The position numbers were made by a program, and so were the translations under genes. 39,765 nucleotides of DNA from Haloferacaceae archaeon. Lineage in GTDB: Archaea; Halobacteriota; Halobacteria; Halobacteriales; Haloferacaceae. The notes beneath the pieces were generated by a model. The model saw only the letters and a list, made by a program, of their open reading frames with translations. It did not search any database and was not told the DNA's origin. The stretch is taken from assembly GCA_042217265.1 (NCBI GenBank), contig JBDGSZ010000039.1, positions 1 through 39,765 of the forward strand. The letters are read 5' to 3'. Of this stretch, positions 28,101-36,405 are shown piece after piece (the stretch's first letter is position 1; every line of letters begins with the position of its first letter).

Positions 28101-28142
28101 GGGCCGGTCGTCCGCCCCGCCGGGTGGTTCGCTTCGGGCCAT
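25128..28142 (-). CDS. FAD-linked oxidase (GlcD-like) fused to a 4Fe-4S / CCG-domain (GlcF-like) module; D-lactate/glycolate/2-hydroxyacid dehydrogenase type
   Basis: FAD-binding-4 signature VLPRGGGTSLAGQTV. Fe-S cysteine groups CHGCGGCRG...CPTYRAA and CVGCKGCSVDCPSE. CCG-type cysteine motifs HGHCHQKA and DSTCCGMAGSFGYE. 1004 aa. Confidence 0.85.
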   Translation of the reverse strand: MARSEPPGGADDRPGPDPAADERANYDYVGEDVARPGLMSDLEDLVAGEVRFDTYTRQLYATDASAYEVTPHGVVFPTSTGDVAAVVEYCAEREIPVLPRGGGTSLAGQTVNEAVVLDFTRHMDATLDVRPEDREVRVQSGAVLAEVNETLEPHGLKFAPDPSTANRSAIGGAIGNNTTGAHSLKYGKTDAYVEELEVVLADGTVTTLGETTLEELEARADPEGSVAERFHAEALRVIEEESEAVAEAYPSIKRNVSGYNLDVLVEEARQAKDPDHERETVNLARLVVGSEGTLAVVTEATLSLEPLPNTKAIGLLTYDSLVDAMEDVGPILEHDPAAVEVLDGVLLDLARDLEEFKDVVSVLPDRTDTFLLVEFYADDDEGARGKVEGLLEDRVGDIAFDGLTAFSKEEQKEFWQMRKASTPILLSRTTDAKHIAFVEDVAVPPEHLPEYIQDFQQVFEDHDTFGSFYAHAGPGCIHVRPLVNTKTTEGIEQMESIGDAASDLAVKYGGSVSGEHGDGRARTQWNRKLYGEHIWEVFRDLKTAADPDWILNPGTVCGDVDMTENLRFDDEYEFDAGFDPALNWDNDNGFQGMAELCHGCGGCRGAQSTTGGVMCPTYRAAEEEIQSTRGRANLLRQAMSGDLGEEEQFDVEFMHEVMDLCVGCKGCSVDCPSEVDMAKMKVEVEHEYKRRHGASLRDKLFANIHELSELGSTFAPLSNLATKVPGSRWLMEKTVGIAKERSLPDFHRESLVDWFENRGGPQVPESEAERTALLFPDTYTTYNKPSAGKAAVQALEAAGVHVRIPEDTVGSGRPPHSRGLVEKARADAEQNVAALAPKVREGRDVVVVEPSDAVMLQSDYLDLLDGDDVEAVAANTYGVMEYLDAFRLDENIAFAEGGEHLTYHGHCHQKATKKNHHAVGVLRRAGYRVDPLDSTCCGMAGSFGYEAEHFSMSKAVGRILFDQVDDSDGETVVAPGASCRTQLGDGPLDDQPPHPVEKLAAAIE

Positions 28143-28312
28143 GACTAGTTGTCACACGACAGGCATCCACCGACACTAAGGGCTTCGATTCCGGGAACGG
28201 CGACGGAGCCGGATCCGCGATGTACGGGCGCCGAGACGCCGGAACGTCGCCATCGTTCGTGACGTTTCTCCGCGGGGGAAAGGTTCAGGGAGGCCCTCCG
28301 TGGATGGGCGGT

Positions 28313-29458
28313 ATGGCGATCACGGACGTCGAGGCGATCCCGCTCCGGCGCGACCTCGGGGAGCGGTTCGCGAACGCGCAGAAGTGGATATCGAGCCGCG
28401 AGTACTGCCTGGTCCGCGTCGTCGACGAGGACGGCACCGAGGGCTGGGGCGAGTGCTGGGGGCCCGTGGCGGGCAACCGCGAACTGATCGAGGCGTACGT
28501 CGGTCCCTGGCTGGAGGGCCGGGACCCGATGGACGTCGAGTCCATCCACGACGACCTGCGGTTCAGGCTCCGGTCCTCGTATCACTCGTACGTCCCCGCG
28601 AGCGTCGTCGGGGGCGTCGACATCGCGCTCTGGGACCTGAAGGGCAAACTGCTCGGGGAGTCGGCAGCGTCGCTCATGGGCGGGCACGACCGCGACGAGG
28701 TGCGGGCGTACGCGACCGGGCACTTCTGGTCCGACGTCGACGACTTCGCGGCGGTCCGCGAGGCGGTCGTCGAGGAGGCCCGCGGCCACGTCGACGCGGG
28801 GTTCACCGCGCTGAAGAACAAGATCGGCATGGAGCGCAACTTCCCCGACTGCGGCCGGGCGGAGGACGTCGAACTCGTCCGGGCCATCCGCGAGGCGGTC
28901 GGCGACGACGTGCGCCTGATGACCGACGCCAACCACGCATACGACGCCGCCGACGCCCGCTGGGTCGGGCGCCGGCTCGCGGACCTCGACGTCCACTTCT
29001 TCGAGGAGCCGGTCGTTCCCCGCGACCTCGACACTTACGAGCGGCTGAACGGGGCGCTCGACACCGCGCTCGCCGGCGGCGAGTGCTGGGCGTTCCTCGA
29101 CGAGTTCGACGACGCCGTCGAGCGGGGCTGTGTCGACTACGTCCAGCCCGACGTGACCAGCGCGGGCGGGCTGACCTCGACCCGCCGGGTCGCGACGCTG
29201 GCGTCGTCGCGGAACGTCGGCTGTCTCCCCCACGTCTTCGGGTCGGCGGTGGCCCTCGCCGCGAGCCTCCAGGTCATCGCGACCCTCCCCGACGTGCCCG
29301 AGCCGATGCTGGAGTTCGACCGCACGCCGAACCCCATCCGCGAGGACCTCGCGGTCGACCCCATCACCAACGACGGGGCGACGGTCCCCATCCGCGACGA
29401 GCCGGGCCTCGGGATCGAGATCGACCGCGACGTGCTCGCGTCGTTCCGGGCCGACTGA
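28313..29458 (+). CDS. Enolase-superfamily enzyme, mandelate-racemase subgroup (probable acid-sugar dehydratase)
   Basis: KxK motif (ALKNKIG). Metal-ligand contexts DANHAYD, FFEEP, GGECW. Also DYVQPDV and PHVFGS (His base). I prefer ATG 28313 (MAITDVEAIPL); ATG 28304 and 28220 are also in frame. Confidence 0.85.
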   Translation: MAITDVEAIPLRRDLGERFANAQKWISSREYCLVRVVDEDGTEGWGECWGPVAGNRELIEAYVGPWLEGRDPMDVESIHDDLRFRLRSSYHSYVPASVVGGVDIALWDLKGKLLGESAASLMGGHDRDEVRAYATGHFWSDVDDFAAVREAVVEEARGHVDAGFTALKNKIGMERNFPDCGRAEDVELVRAIREAVGDDVRLMTDANHAYDAADARWVGRRLADLDVHFFEEPVVPRDLDTYERLNGALDTALAGGECWAFLDEFDDAVERGCVDYVQPDVTSAGGLTSTRRVATLASSRNVGCLPHVFGSAVALAASLQVIATLPDVPEPMLEFDRTPNPIREDLAVDPITNDGATVPIRDEPGLGIEIDRDVLASFRAD

Positions 29459-29459
29459 G

Positions 29460-30134
29460 ATGGAACTGCTCCAGTTCGCGGTCGACGTCTGGCATCCCGA
29501 CTGCTGGACGCTCCGGACGACGCGGGGGCGCGAGGGCGGCCTGCTCGGCCACGGCGGCACCACCGCAAACGGGCAGTGTCTCGCCCGCTACACGGCCTAC
29601 GGCGCCGACCGCGATGCCATCGCCGCGCTCGTCGGCGCCGTCGAGGACTCGCCGCTGACGCGGGCCGTCGAGCCGCTCCCCGACGCCGGCGTGCCGTCGA
29701 CGCTCGGCTCCACCGCCCGGGGGCTGCTCGTCGAGTACGACCCGGCGCCGAGCATCCGGTCGGCCTTCGGCGACCGGGGCTTTCTCCACCACGGCCCGAC
29801 CCGCCACGAGGACGGACGCGAGCGGCGGACCCTGCTGGCCCGGACCGACCGCCAGACGGTCCGCCGGGCGCTCGACGACATCGCGACCGCCCACGACGCC
29901 GACCTCGAACTAACGCGGCTGGCGGCCACGCCCGCCGGCGAGCGCTACGGCGACCGGCTCTCGCCCCGCCAGCGCGAGGCGCTCGCGCTGGCCCGCGACC
30001 GGGGCTACTACGCCTACCCCCGCCGGGCCGACGCCGGCGACCTCGCCGACGAGCTCGGCGTGGCCAAGACGACGTTCCTCGAACACCTCCGGAAGGCCGA
30101 GTCGAAGGTGCTCGGCGACGCCGCCCCGGACTGA
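29460..30134 (+). CDS. Bat-type (HTH_10) helix-turn-helix transcription regulator
   Basis: C-terminal LSPRQREALALARDRGYYAYPRRADAGDLADELGVAKTTFLEHLRKAESKVL is the classic haloarchaeal HTH_10 module. The ATG starts 2 nt after the dehydratase stop (TGAGATG). Confidence 0.75.
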   Translation: MELLQFAVDVWHPDCWTLRTTRGREGGLLGHGGTTANGQCLARYTAYGADRDAIAALVGAVEDSPLTRAVEPLPDAGVPSTLGSTARGLLVEYDPAPSIRSAFGDRGFLHHGPTRHEDGRERRTLLARTDRQTVRRALDDIATAHDADLELTRLAATPAGERYGDRLSPRQREALALARDRGYYAYPRRADAGDLADELGVAKTTFLEHLRKAESKVLGDAAPD

Positions 30135-30180
30135 CCGCCGTCGGGCGGCGTCGTCCCCCGGTCCGTCCCCGGCCCCTCAC

Positions 30181-31464
30181 ATGCGAGGCGGGGGGTTCAA
30201 CCCGGCACGTGCCCGAGGCCGACGCGTGGACGAAAACGACCGCGCCATCGCGGCGTTCACGATGCTCGGCCACGCCACGTTTCACACCTACGAGCTGGTG
30301 ATCCCGCTGTTCGTGGTGGTCTGGCTGGACGACTTCGGGGTCACGCCGGCGACGCTCGGCCTCGTCGTCGGGGCGAGCTACGCCCTGACCGGCGTGGGGG
30401 CGCTCCCGAGCGGCGTCCTCTCGGACACCTACTCCTCGAAGCGGCTCGTCCTCCTCTGCGTGGCGGGGATGGGCGCCGGCTTCCTGGCGTTGAGCGTCGC
30501 GCCCAACGTCGTCGGCGTGGCCGTCGGCCTTCTCGTGTGGGGGGCGGCGGCGAGCATCTACCACCCCGCCGGGCTGGCGCTCATCAGCCGCGGCGCGCGC
30601 GAGCGCGGAACGACCTTTGCATACCACGGCGTCGCGGGGAACGTCGGCGTCGCGACCGGACCGCTGCTCGGGGCCGTCCTCCTCGCCGTCCTGCCCTGGC
30701 GCACGGTCGCCGCAGTCCTGGTGCTCCCGGCGCTTCTCGCGCTCGCCGTCGCCGCCCGCCTGGAGTTCGACGAGACCGCGGGCGCCGCCGACCGCGACGC
30801 CGGCGAGGCCGCCCGGGACGAGGTCCGCGACCTCCGGACGCTCGTGGCCGACTCGAAGCTCCTCTTCACCGGCGGGTTCGTGCTGGTCTTCCTCGTCGGC
30901 AACCTCTACGGGCTCTACTACCGGGGCGCGTTCACCTTCCTCCCGGAGGTGCTGGCCGGGTTCGCGCTGTTCGAGCCGGTGACCGTCGCCGGCCGGAGCC
31001 TCCAGCCGAGCCAGTACGTCTACTCCGGGCTGCTGGTTCTGGGCGGCGCCGGCCAGTACGTCGGCGGTCGCCTCGTCGAGCGGGTCCGCGCCGAGTACGC
31101 CCTCGTCGGCACGCTCGCCGCCCTGGCCCTCGTCGCGCTGGCCTTCGTCCCCGCGGCCGGCGCGGGACTGGTGCCGCTGCTCGTGGCCTCGGGGCTCCTC
31201 GGCTTCCTGGTCTTCATGGAGGCCCCGATCAACCAGGAGGTCATCTCCCGGCACGTCCCGGCGGGCGCCCGCGGGCTCTCCTTCGGCTACACGTACCTCG
31301 CCGTCTTCGGCGTCGGGGCCGCCGGCGCGGCGCTCGCGGGCTTCGTCCTGACGCGTGCCGACGCTGGCGCGCTCTTCCTCCTCCTCGCCGGCATCGCTGG
31401 CCTGGCGCTCCTCATCGGCGTCGTCCTCGCCCGCCGCCCGGAACCGGAGGGGGCTGCCGCCTGA
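30181..31464 (+). CDS. Major facilitator superfamily transporter
   Basis: About 12 hydrophobic segments, Gly/Ala/Leu-rich, with a short central loop containing acidic residues. Start is ATG 30181 or in-frame GTG 30226 (VDENDRA...). Confidence 0.7.
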   Translation: MRGGGFNPARARGRRVDENDRAIAAFTMLGHATFHTYELVIPLFVVVWLDDFGVTPATLGLVVGASYALTGVGALPSGVLSDTYSSKRLVLLCVAGMGAGFLALSVAPNVVGVAVGLLVWGAAASIYHPAGLALISRGARERGTTFAYHGVAGNVGVATGPLLGAVLLAVLPWRTVAAVLVLPALLALAVAARLEFDETAGAADRDAGEAARDEVRDLRTLVADSKLLFTGGFVLVFLVGNLYGLYYRGAFTFLPEVLAGFALFEPVTVAGRSLQPSQYVYSGLLVLGGAGQYVGGRLVERVRAEYALVGTLAALALVALAFVPAAGAGLVPLLVASGLLGFLVFMEAPINQEVISRHVPAGARGLSFGYTYLAVFGVGAAGAALAGFVLTRADAGALFLLLAGIAGLALLIGVVLARRPEPEGAAA

Positions 31465-31533
31465 CGGCCCCCCCGCCGCGTCGTCGGCCGGGACACGACC
31501 GGGTCGCGCCCGATGCCGTCGACGTCCCGGGGC

Positions 31534-32139
31534 CTACGCGTCGGCCTCGCCGGTCCTGCTCTCGGCCTCGCCGGCCCCGCTCTCGTCGTCCCCGCCGGGG
31601 ATCAGGTCGGCGGGCGTCGACATGGCGAAGTGGCGCTTGGACAGGAAGAGCAGGCCCGCGGCCGGGAGCGCGAAGACCGTCCCGGCGACGGAGAGCATCC
31701 CCATCGAGGCGGCGAGCATGACCCACATCCAGCGGATCCGCTTGCGCGCCCACCGGACCGCGAGCGCCTGGAACACCGTCGCCAGCCCGGTCACGACGAG
31801 CCACGTGACCAGCCTGCTCGGGGCGATGCCGGCCCGGGCGTACGTCCCCGTCGCCAGGTAGTACCCCCCGACCGCCGACGCGATGAGCGTGGCGAGCGTC
31901 GAGGCGAGCAGACAGCCCGCCCCGAGGTCGACGACCCACCCGGGAACGGCGTCGAGGACGCGGGTGAACAGGCCCCGGCGGTCGACGCCGTCCTCGGCGC
32001 CCGACTCCTCGTCCTCCCCGTCCGCCCCGGTCACGTACCGCTCGTCGGCGTCGTCCGGCGTCGGTTCGTCCCCCGGGGGTCGGGCCGGGTGGTCGGGCCG
32101 CCCCGGCGCCAGATCGTCGGTCGCGTCGTCGTCGCTCAT
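31534..32139 (-). CDS. Hypothetical membrane protein with an acidic, disordered N-terminus (201 aa)
   Basis: About 55 Asp/Glu/Pro-rich residues, then about 4 hydrophobic helices. TTATAC on the minus strand is centred about 27 nt upstream of ATG 32139. No family recognised. Confidence 0.5.
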   Translation of the reverse strand: MSDDDATDDLAPGRPDHPARPPGDEPTPDDADERYVTGADGEDEESGAEDGVDRRGLFTRVLDAVPGWVVDLGAGCLLASTLATLIASAVGGYYLATGTYARAGIAPSRLVTWLVVTGLATVFQALAVRWARKRIRWMWVMLAASMGMLSVAGTVFALPAAGLLFLSKRHFAMSTPADLIPGGDDESGAGEAESRTGEADA

Positions 32140-32227
32140 CCCCTCGACGTTCCGGACGGGCGGGTATAACGGCTACGACGGCGGTTTTCCGCCCGCCGTC
32201 TCGCGGCCACATGGTCGATAGGGAAGG

Positions 32228-32235
32228 TTTTATAT
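32228..32235 (+). promoter_or_regulatory. TATA box (TTTTATAT) for the small membrane-protein gene / ABC operon
   Basis: Canonical AT-rich octamer in a local GC dip. The predicted TSS is about 32258-32260, just before ATG 32262. Confidence 0.5.
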
Positions 32236-32261
32236 CCGTGAACACAATCGGTATGGATTGC

Positions 32262-32549
32262 ATGGGGATCGTTCCCGAACCCATTACCGATAAACTGAGC
32301 GACCGACCGACCACGTCGGCCATCGTCGTGTACGCCGCCGTGTGCGTCCCGCTGTACGTGTTCTTCTCGGCGCCCCACTTCCTGGGGATCGAGCACTCGG
32401 CAGCGGGCACCGTCGGGGGATCAGTCGTCATCGGGGGGCTCCTCATGGGGGCCCTGATGTTCGTCCCTGCGTTGCACATCCGGTTCAAGCAACAGTACGG
32501 GGGCGGCCAGGCCAGGCGGCTCGGATTCGTCGACGCCGGTGGGGAGTAA
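32262..32549 (+). CDS. Small hypothetical membrane protein (95 aa from ATG 32262; 98 or 112 aa from the alternative starts 32253/32211)
   Basis: Two to three hydrophobic segments (SAIVVYAAVCVPLYVFF; VVIGGLLMGALMFVPAL). The TATA position argues that the track start 32211 lies upstream of the transcript. No family recognised. Confidence 0.5.
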   Translation: MGIVPEPITDKLSDRPTTSAIVVYAAVCVPLYVFFSAPHFLGIEHSAAGTVGGSVVIGGLLMGALMFVPALHIRFKQQYGGGQARRLGFVDAGGE

Positions 32550-32603
32550 ACGATGTACGAGAACACACTACACATGGACAGTTTGGCATTCGATCACGAC
32601 ATC

Positions 32604-32610
32604 GGAGGTG
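32604..32610 (+). promoter_or_regulatory. Shine-Dalgarno site (GGAGGTG) for the ABC ATPase gene
   Basis: Same GGAGGTGA as at 2779, lying 4 nt upstream of ATG 32615. Confidence 0.55.
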
Positions 32611-32614
32611 AACG

Positions 32615-33772
32615 ATGGTAGACGCAGTTCTCGACGGACTACGGAAAACGTTCAACGACGGAGCGGTCGTCGCAGTTGACAGCATCGATCTACACATCGA
32701 GGAGGGCGAGTTCATCGTCCTCGTCGGCCCGTCCGGGTGCGGGAAGTCGACCACGCTCAGGTGCATCGCCGGCCTCGAGACGCCCAACGAGGGCACGATC
32801 GAGTTCGGCGGGCACGACGTGACCGACCTCCCGCCCAAGGACCGCGCCGTCTCGATGGTGTTCCAGAACTACGCCCTGTACCCGTCGATGACGGTGTACG
32901 AGAACATGGAGTTCGGCCTCAAGATGCGCGGGGCCGACCGGGAGACCATCGACGAGCGGGTCCGCTGGGCGGCGGACATCATGGAGATCGGCGACCTGCT
33001 CGACCGGTACCCCGACCAGCTCTCGGGCGGGCAGCAACAGCGGGTCGCGCTCGGCCGCGCCATCGTGCGCGAGCCGGCCATCTTCCTGCTCGACGAGCCG
33101 CTCTCGAACCTGGACGCCAAGCTCCGTTCAGTGATGCGCACCGAGATCCAGGAGCTCCAGCGCAAGCTCGACGTGGCGACGGTGTTCGTCACCCACGACC
33201 AGGAGGAGGCGATGTCGATGGGCGACCGCATCGCGGTGATGAACGCCGGCCGCATCGAACAGGTCGACCCGCCAGAGGTCATCTACCACGACCCGAACAG
33301 CCTGTTCGTGGCCGACTTCATCGGCAGCCCGGAGATCAACTTCTTCGAGTCGGCCTTCGACGGGACCGACACCGTCGACACCGGCCCGTTCGACTTCGAG
33401 GTCCCGGACGAGATCGCCGAGGCGCTCAACCGCGACCTCGACGGCGAGGACGTGATCGTCGGCGTCCGGCCCGAGGACATCAACCTCACCGAGCCCGGCG
33501 AGGGCCTGATCGACACCGAGATCCAGGTCCTCGAGCCGATGGGCGACACCCAGATCCTCTACTTCGACGTCGGCGACGAGCGGATCCGGGCGGTCGTCCC
33601 CTCGGCCCAGCCGCTCGACGAGGACGACACGGTCGGCCTGACGGTCAACTGGGAGAACGTCCATTTCTTCCGGCCCGACGGGCCGAAGGTGGTCAAGTGG
33701 CGCAACGTCACCGACGAGCGGGTCGAATCCGAACATGCGGTACGTGCCGACGGCACGGGGAGTAATCAGTAA
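32615..33772 (+). CDS. ABC transporter ATP-binding protein, MalK/UgpC (carbohydrate-uptake) type
   Basis: Walker A GPSGCGKST, Q-loop FQNYALYP, signature LSGGQQQRVALGRA, Walker B FLLDEPLSNLD, H-loop VTHDQ. The C-terminal regulatory/TOBE-like half is present. Confidence 0.9.
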   Translation: MVDAVLDGLRKTFNDGAVVAVDSIDLHIEEGEFIVLVGPSGCGKSTTLRCIAGLETPNEGTIEFGGHDVTDLPPKDRAVSMVFQNYALYPSMTVYENMEFGLKMRGADRETIDERVRWAADIMEIGDLLDRYPDQLSGGQQQRVALGRAIVREPAIFLLDEPLSNLDAKLRSVMRTEIQELQRKLDVATVFVTHDQEEAMSMGDRIAVMNAGRIEQVDPPEVIYHDPNSLFVADFIGSPEINFFESAFDGTDTVDTGPFDFEVPDEIAEALNRDLDGEDVIVGVRPEDINLTEPGEGLIDTEIQVLEPMGDTQILYFDVGDERIRAVVPSAQPLDEDDTVGLTVNWENVHFFRPDGPKVVKWRNVTDERVESEHAVRADGTGSNQ

Positions 33773-34743
33773 TGTCAGCTGTCGATCAAATCGGACGACG
33801 CAAGGAAGGTTTCGGCGGATTCATCGACTCCGTGTTGGAGGAGTACGGCTCGGTGCAGGGCGTCCTGTTCCTGCTCCCGTCGCTCGTGCTCCTGACGGGC
33901 ATCGTGTTCTACCCGATGATCCAGAACGGGCTGCTGCTGAGCCTCAAGCAGTACACGCTCAACCCGAGCGCGGTCGACCCGTGGGTCGGCCTCGCGAACT
34001 ACCGCTACTGGCTGCTCGGGGGCGGACAGGCGCTGTTCCTGTTCAGCATCAAGGTGACGCTCCTGTACGAGCTGCTGGTCGTCCCCTTCGACCTCGTCGT
34101 CGCGCTCGGGGCGGCCCTGCTGATGAACGAGAAGTTCGAACTCCCGGGCCTCGGCATCGAGACCCGGGCGTTCTGGCGGGGCCTGATGCTCGCCGGCTAC
34201 GCGAGCCCGGCCATCGCCGCCGGCCTCACGTGGGGCATCATGGAGCAGGCCGCCGAGTACGGGATCGTCTACCAGTTCTTCTCCACGTTCTTCGACATCC
34301 CGGCCTCGGGCGGCATCACCGGTAACAAGCCGTGGGCGTTCTGGGGCGTCGTCATCGCCAAGGTCTGGCGCGACTTCGGGTTCATGTACATCGTCTTCCT
34401 GGCGGGCGTGCAGTCCATCCCGTCGGCGCTGTACGAGATCTCCCGGGTCGACGGCGCCGGCCCCATCCAGCGGTTCCGGTTCATCACGCTGCCCCACCTG
34501 CGGACGGTCATCGTCACGGTCGTCATGATCCGGACGGTGTTCACCGTCGGCAAGCTCGCCATCCCGCTGGCGACCACAAAGGGCGGCCCGGTGAACTACA
34601 CCCGCGTGCTGGGGCTGGTCATCTTCGACATGGCGTTCGGCAACTGGAGCCTCGGACGAGCAGCAGCCCTCGGGATGATGTTCGCGGTGTCGATCATCCC
34701 GCTGATCCTGCTGTGGATCCGGACCGAAACGGAGGACTACTGA
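33772..34743 (+). CDS. ABC transporter permease (MalF/UgpA-like, carbohydrate-uptake family)
   Basis: About six TM segments. EAA-type loop SALYEISRVDGAGPIQRFRFITLPHL. The start overlaps the ATPase stop (TAATG). Confidence 0.85.
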   Translation: MSAVDQIGRRKEGFGGFIDSVLEEYGSVQGVLFLLPSLVLLTGIVFYPMIQNGLLLSLKQYTLNPSAVDPWVGLANYRYWLLGGGQALFLFSIKVTLLYELLVVPFDLVVALGAALLMNEKFELPGLGIETRAFWRGLMLAGYASPAIAAGLTWGIMEQAAEYGIVYQFFSTFFDIPASGGITGNKPWAFWGVVIAKVWRDFGFMYIVFLAGVQSIPSALYEISRVDGAGPIQRFRFITLPHLRTVIVTVVMIRTVFTVGKLAIPLATTKGGPVNYTRVLGLVIFDMAFGNWSLGRAAALGMMFAVSIIPLILLWIRTETEDY

Positions 34744-34744
34744 G

Positions 34745-35725
34745 ATGGCGACGCAGGACGGTAGCACCGAGGAGTTCTCTTTCGAGAGCAGCCAGGCCCG
34801 GCTGACGTGGGAGGACCACTACAAGCCGGCGCTGAAGTACGTCTCGCTGGCGCTGTTCCTGACCTGGATCCTGCTCCCGGTCTACTACACCGGCGTCAAC
34901 TCCCTGAAGGGGCCGGGACAGATCTTCCGGACCTCCCTGGGCATTCCGTACCTGACGTTCGACCCGCGGCCGTTCGGGGCGCTCATCCCGATCATCCTGG
35001 GCGAGGCCCCCCTGGTCCCGTCCAGCGGGACGGCCCAGTTCAACCAGCTGAGCGCGTGGCGGACGATGTGGGAGGCGTTCCCCTTCGTCGAGTACCTCCT
35101 CGCGACGACCGTCGTGAGCGTCGGGACCGCCGGGCTGGCGACCGTCGCGGCCGTCTTCTCGGCGTACGCGTTCGCCCGGCTCGACTTCCCGCTGAAGACG
35201 CCGCTGTTCGTCCTCAGCGTCATGGGCTTTACCTTCCCCATCGTCCTGCTGGCCATCCCGATCTTCGTCCTGATGCAGCGGCTCACGCTGCTGAACACCT
35301 ACCTCGGGATGATCCTGGCGTTCACCGCGTTCACGCTGCCCTACAACATTTGGCTGTTGCGCGGGTTCTTCGAGGACCTGCCCGCCAACCTGGAGGAGTC
35401 GGCCCGCGTGGACGGCTGCACGCAGATCGGCGCGTTCTTCCGCGTCATCCTGCCGCTCAGCCGGCCGGCCATCGCGAGCGTCTTCCTGCTGGCGTTCCTG
35501 CTCGCGTGGCACAACTTCCTGATGGCGTTCATCATCGGGAGCGACCCGCTGCACACCACGCTGGCGCCGGCCATCATCCAGCTCCGCGGGACGTTCTTCG
35601 TGAAGAACCTGCACTACATCATGGCGGGGACCTTCCTCTCGATGTTCGTCCCCATCCTGATGTACATGTACCTCCAGACCCACCTGGTCGAGGGGCTCTC
35701 CTCCGGCGGCGGCGTCAAGGGCTGA
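34745..35725 (+). CDS. ABC transporter permease (MalG/UgpE-like)
   Basis: EAA loop LEESARVDGCTQIGAFFRVILPLSRP. About six TM segments. The ATG lies 1 nt after the preceding stop. Confidence 0.85.
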   Translation: MATQDGSTEEFSFESSQARLTWEDHYKPALKYVSLALFLTWILLPVYYTGVNSLKGPGQIFRTSLGIPYLTFDPRPFGALIPIILGEAPLVPSSGTAQFNQLSAWRTMWEAFPFVEYLLATTVVSVGTAGLATVAAVFSAYAFARLDFPLKTPLFVLSVMGFTFPIVLLAIPIFVLMQRLTLLNTYLGMILAFTAFTLPYNIWLLRGFFEDLPANLEESARVDGCTQIGAFFRVILPLSRPAIASVFLLAFLLAWHNFLMAFIIGSDPLHTTLAPAIIQLRGTFFVKNLHYIMAGTFLSMFVPILMYMYLQTHLVEGLSSGGGVKG

Positions 35726-36081
35726 CCCGACGCCCCGCCACGTTCCAGCCGTTCGTTCCGTTCCCCGCTTCTCGCTTCCGTCAGGGGTCCCCTTCCCGTT
35801 CCGGGCCCCGTCCTTCCGACGATCGCGGCGTGTCGGCCCGTGTTCGCGACGCCCCTCGCATGCCATGGCGCACGTACAGCGCCCGCGCGGCTCCGGCGTC
35901 GGTGTCGGCGTTCGACCCCCGTTCCGCGGATCGGTCGTGCGGTTCCGGCGTCGCCCCGGCACCCGTGACCGCAGGGCTCGACGGCGGAGCCGTTGGCCGG
36001 GACCGGACGCTCGGGGGCGGAGGTGACTGGCGACGTCCGTCGTGCGGGGAAAAGCGGATCGGCCGGCCGGTTACCGGGTCG

Positions 36082-36405
36082 TCACTCGCCGACGTCGACG
36101 GTCCACTCCTGGGTCTCGTCGACCTCCTCGGTCCGCCACTCGACGACCTTGTCCGCGAGCTTCGAGATGACGTAGGCGACCGCCAGGACGATGACGGCGG
36201 CGATGAACAGCCCGCTGTTGGCGTTGGGTTCGGCGTCGAGCGCGAACATCCCGATGACTTTCTGCCCGGGGTTCTGCCAGTCGACCCACAGGCCGACGAC
36301 GAACAGGAGCCCGGTCACGGCGTACAGCACGTTGGCGACGAGGTCGAGGTAGTCGGGGAGCTCGCGTTCCCCGTAGCCCTGCATGGACACTTGGCTGTCA
36401 CTCAT
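36082..36405 (-). CDS. Small hypothetical membrane protein (107 aa)
   Basis: Two hydrophobic helices (LVANVLYAVTGLLFVVGLWV; GLFIAAVIVLAVAYVI) and an acidic C-terminal tail. TTTAAC on the minus strand is centred about 27 nt upstream of ATG 36405. A T4 run on the minus strand lies about 30 nt after the stop. No family recognised. Confidence 0.5.
   Translation of the reverse strand: MSDSQVSMQGYGERELPDYLDLVANVLYAVTGLLFVVGLWVDWQNPGQKVIGMFALDAEPNANSGLFIAAVIVLAVAYVISKLADKVVEWRTEEVDETQEWTVDVGE

Noticed and set aside
32140-32620. Local drop in G+C suggesting horizontally acquired DNA
   Set aside because: The AT-rich parts coincide with TATA boxes, divergent promoters and short spacers. The flanking coding sequence has the same GC-rich, acidic-protein character as the rest of the window, and there are no mobile-element or att-like boundaries.
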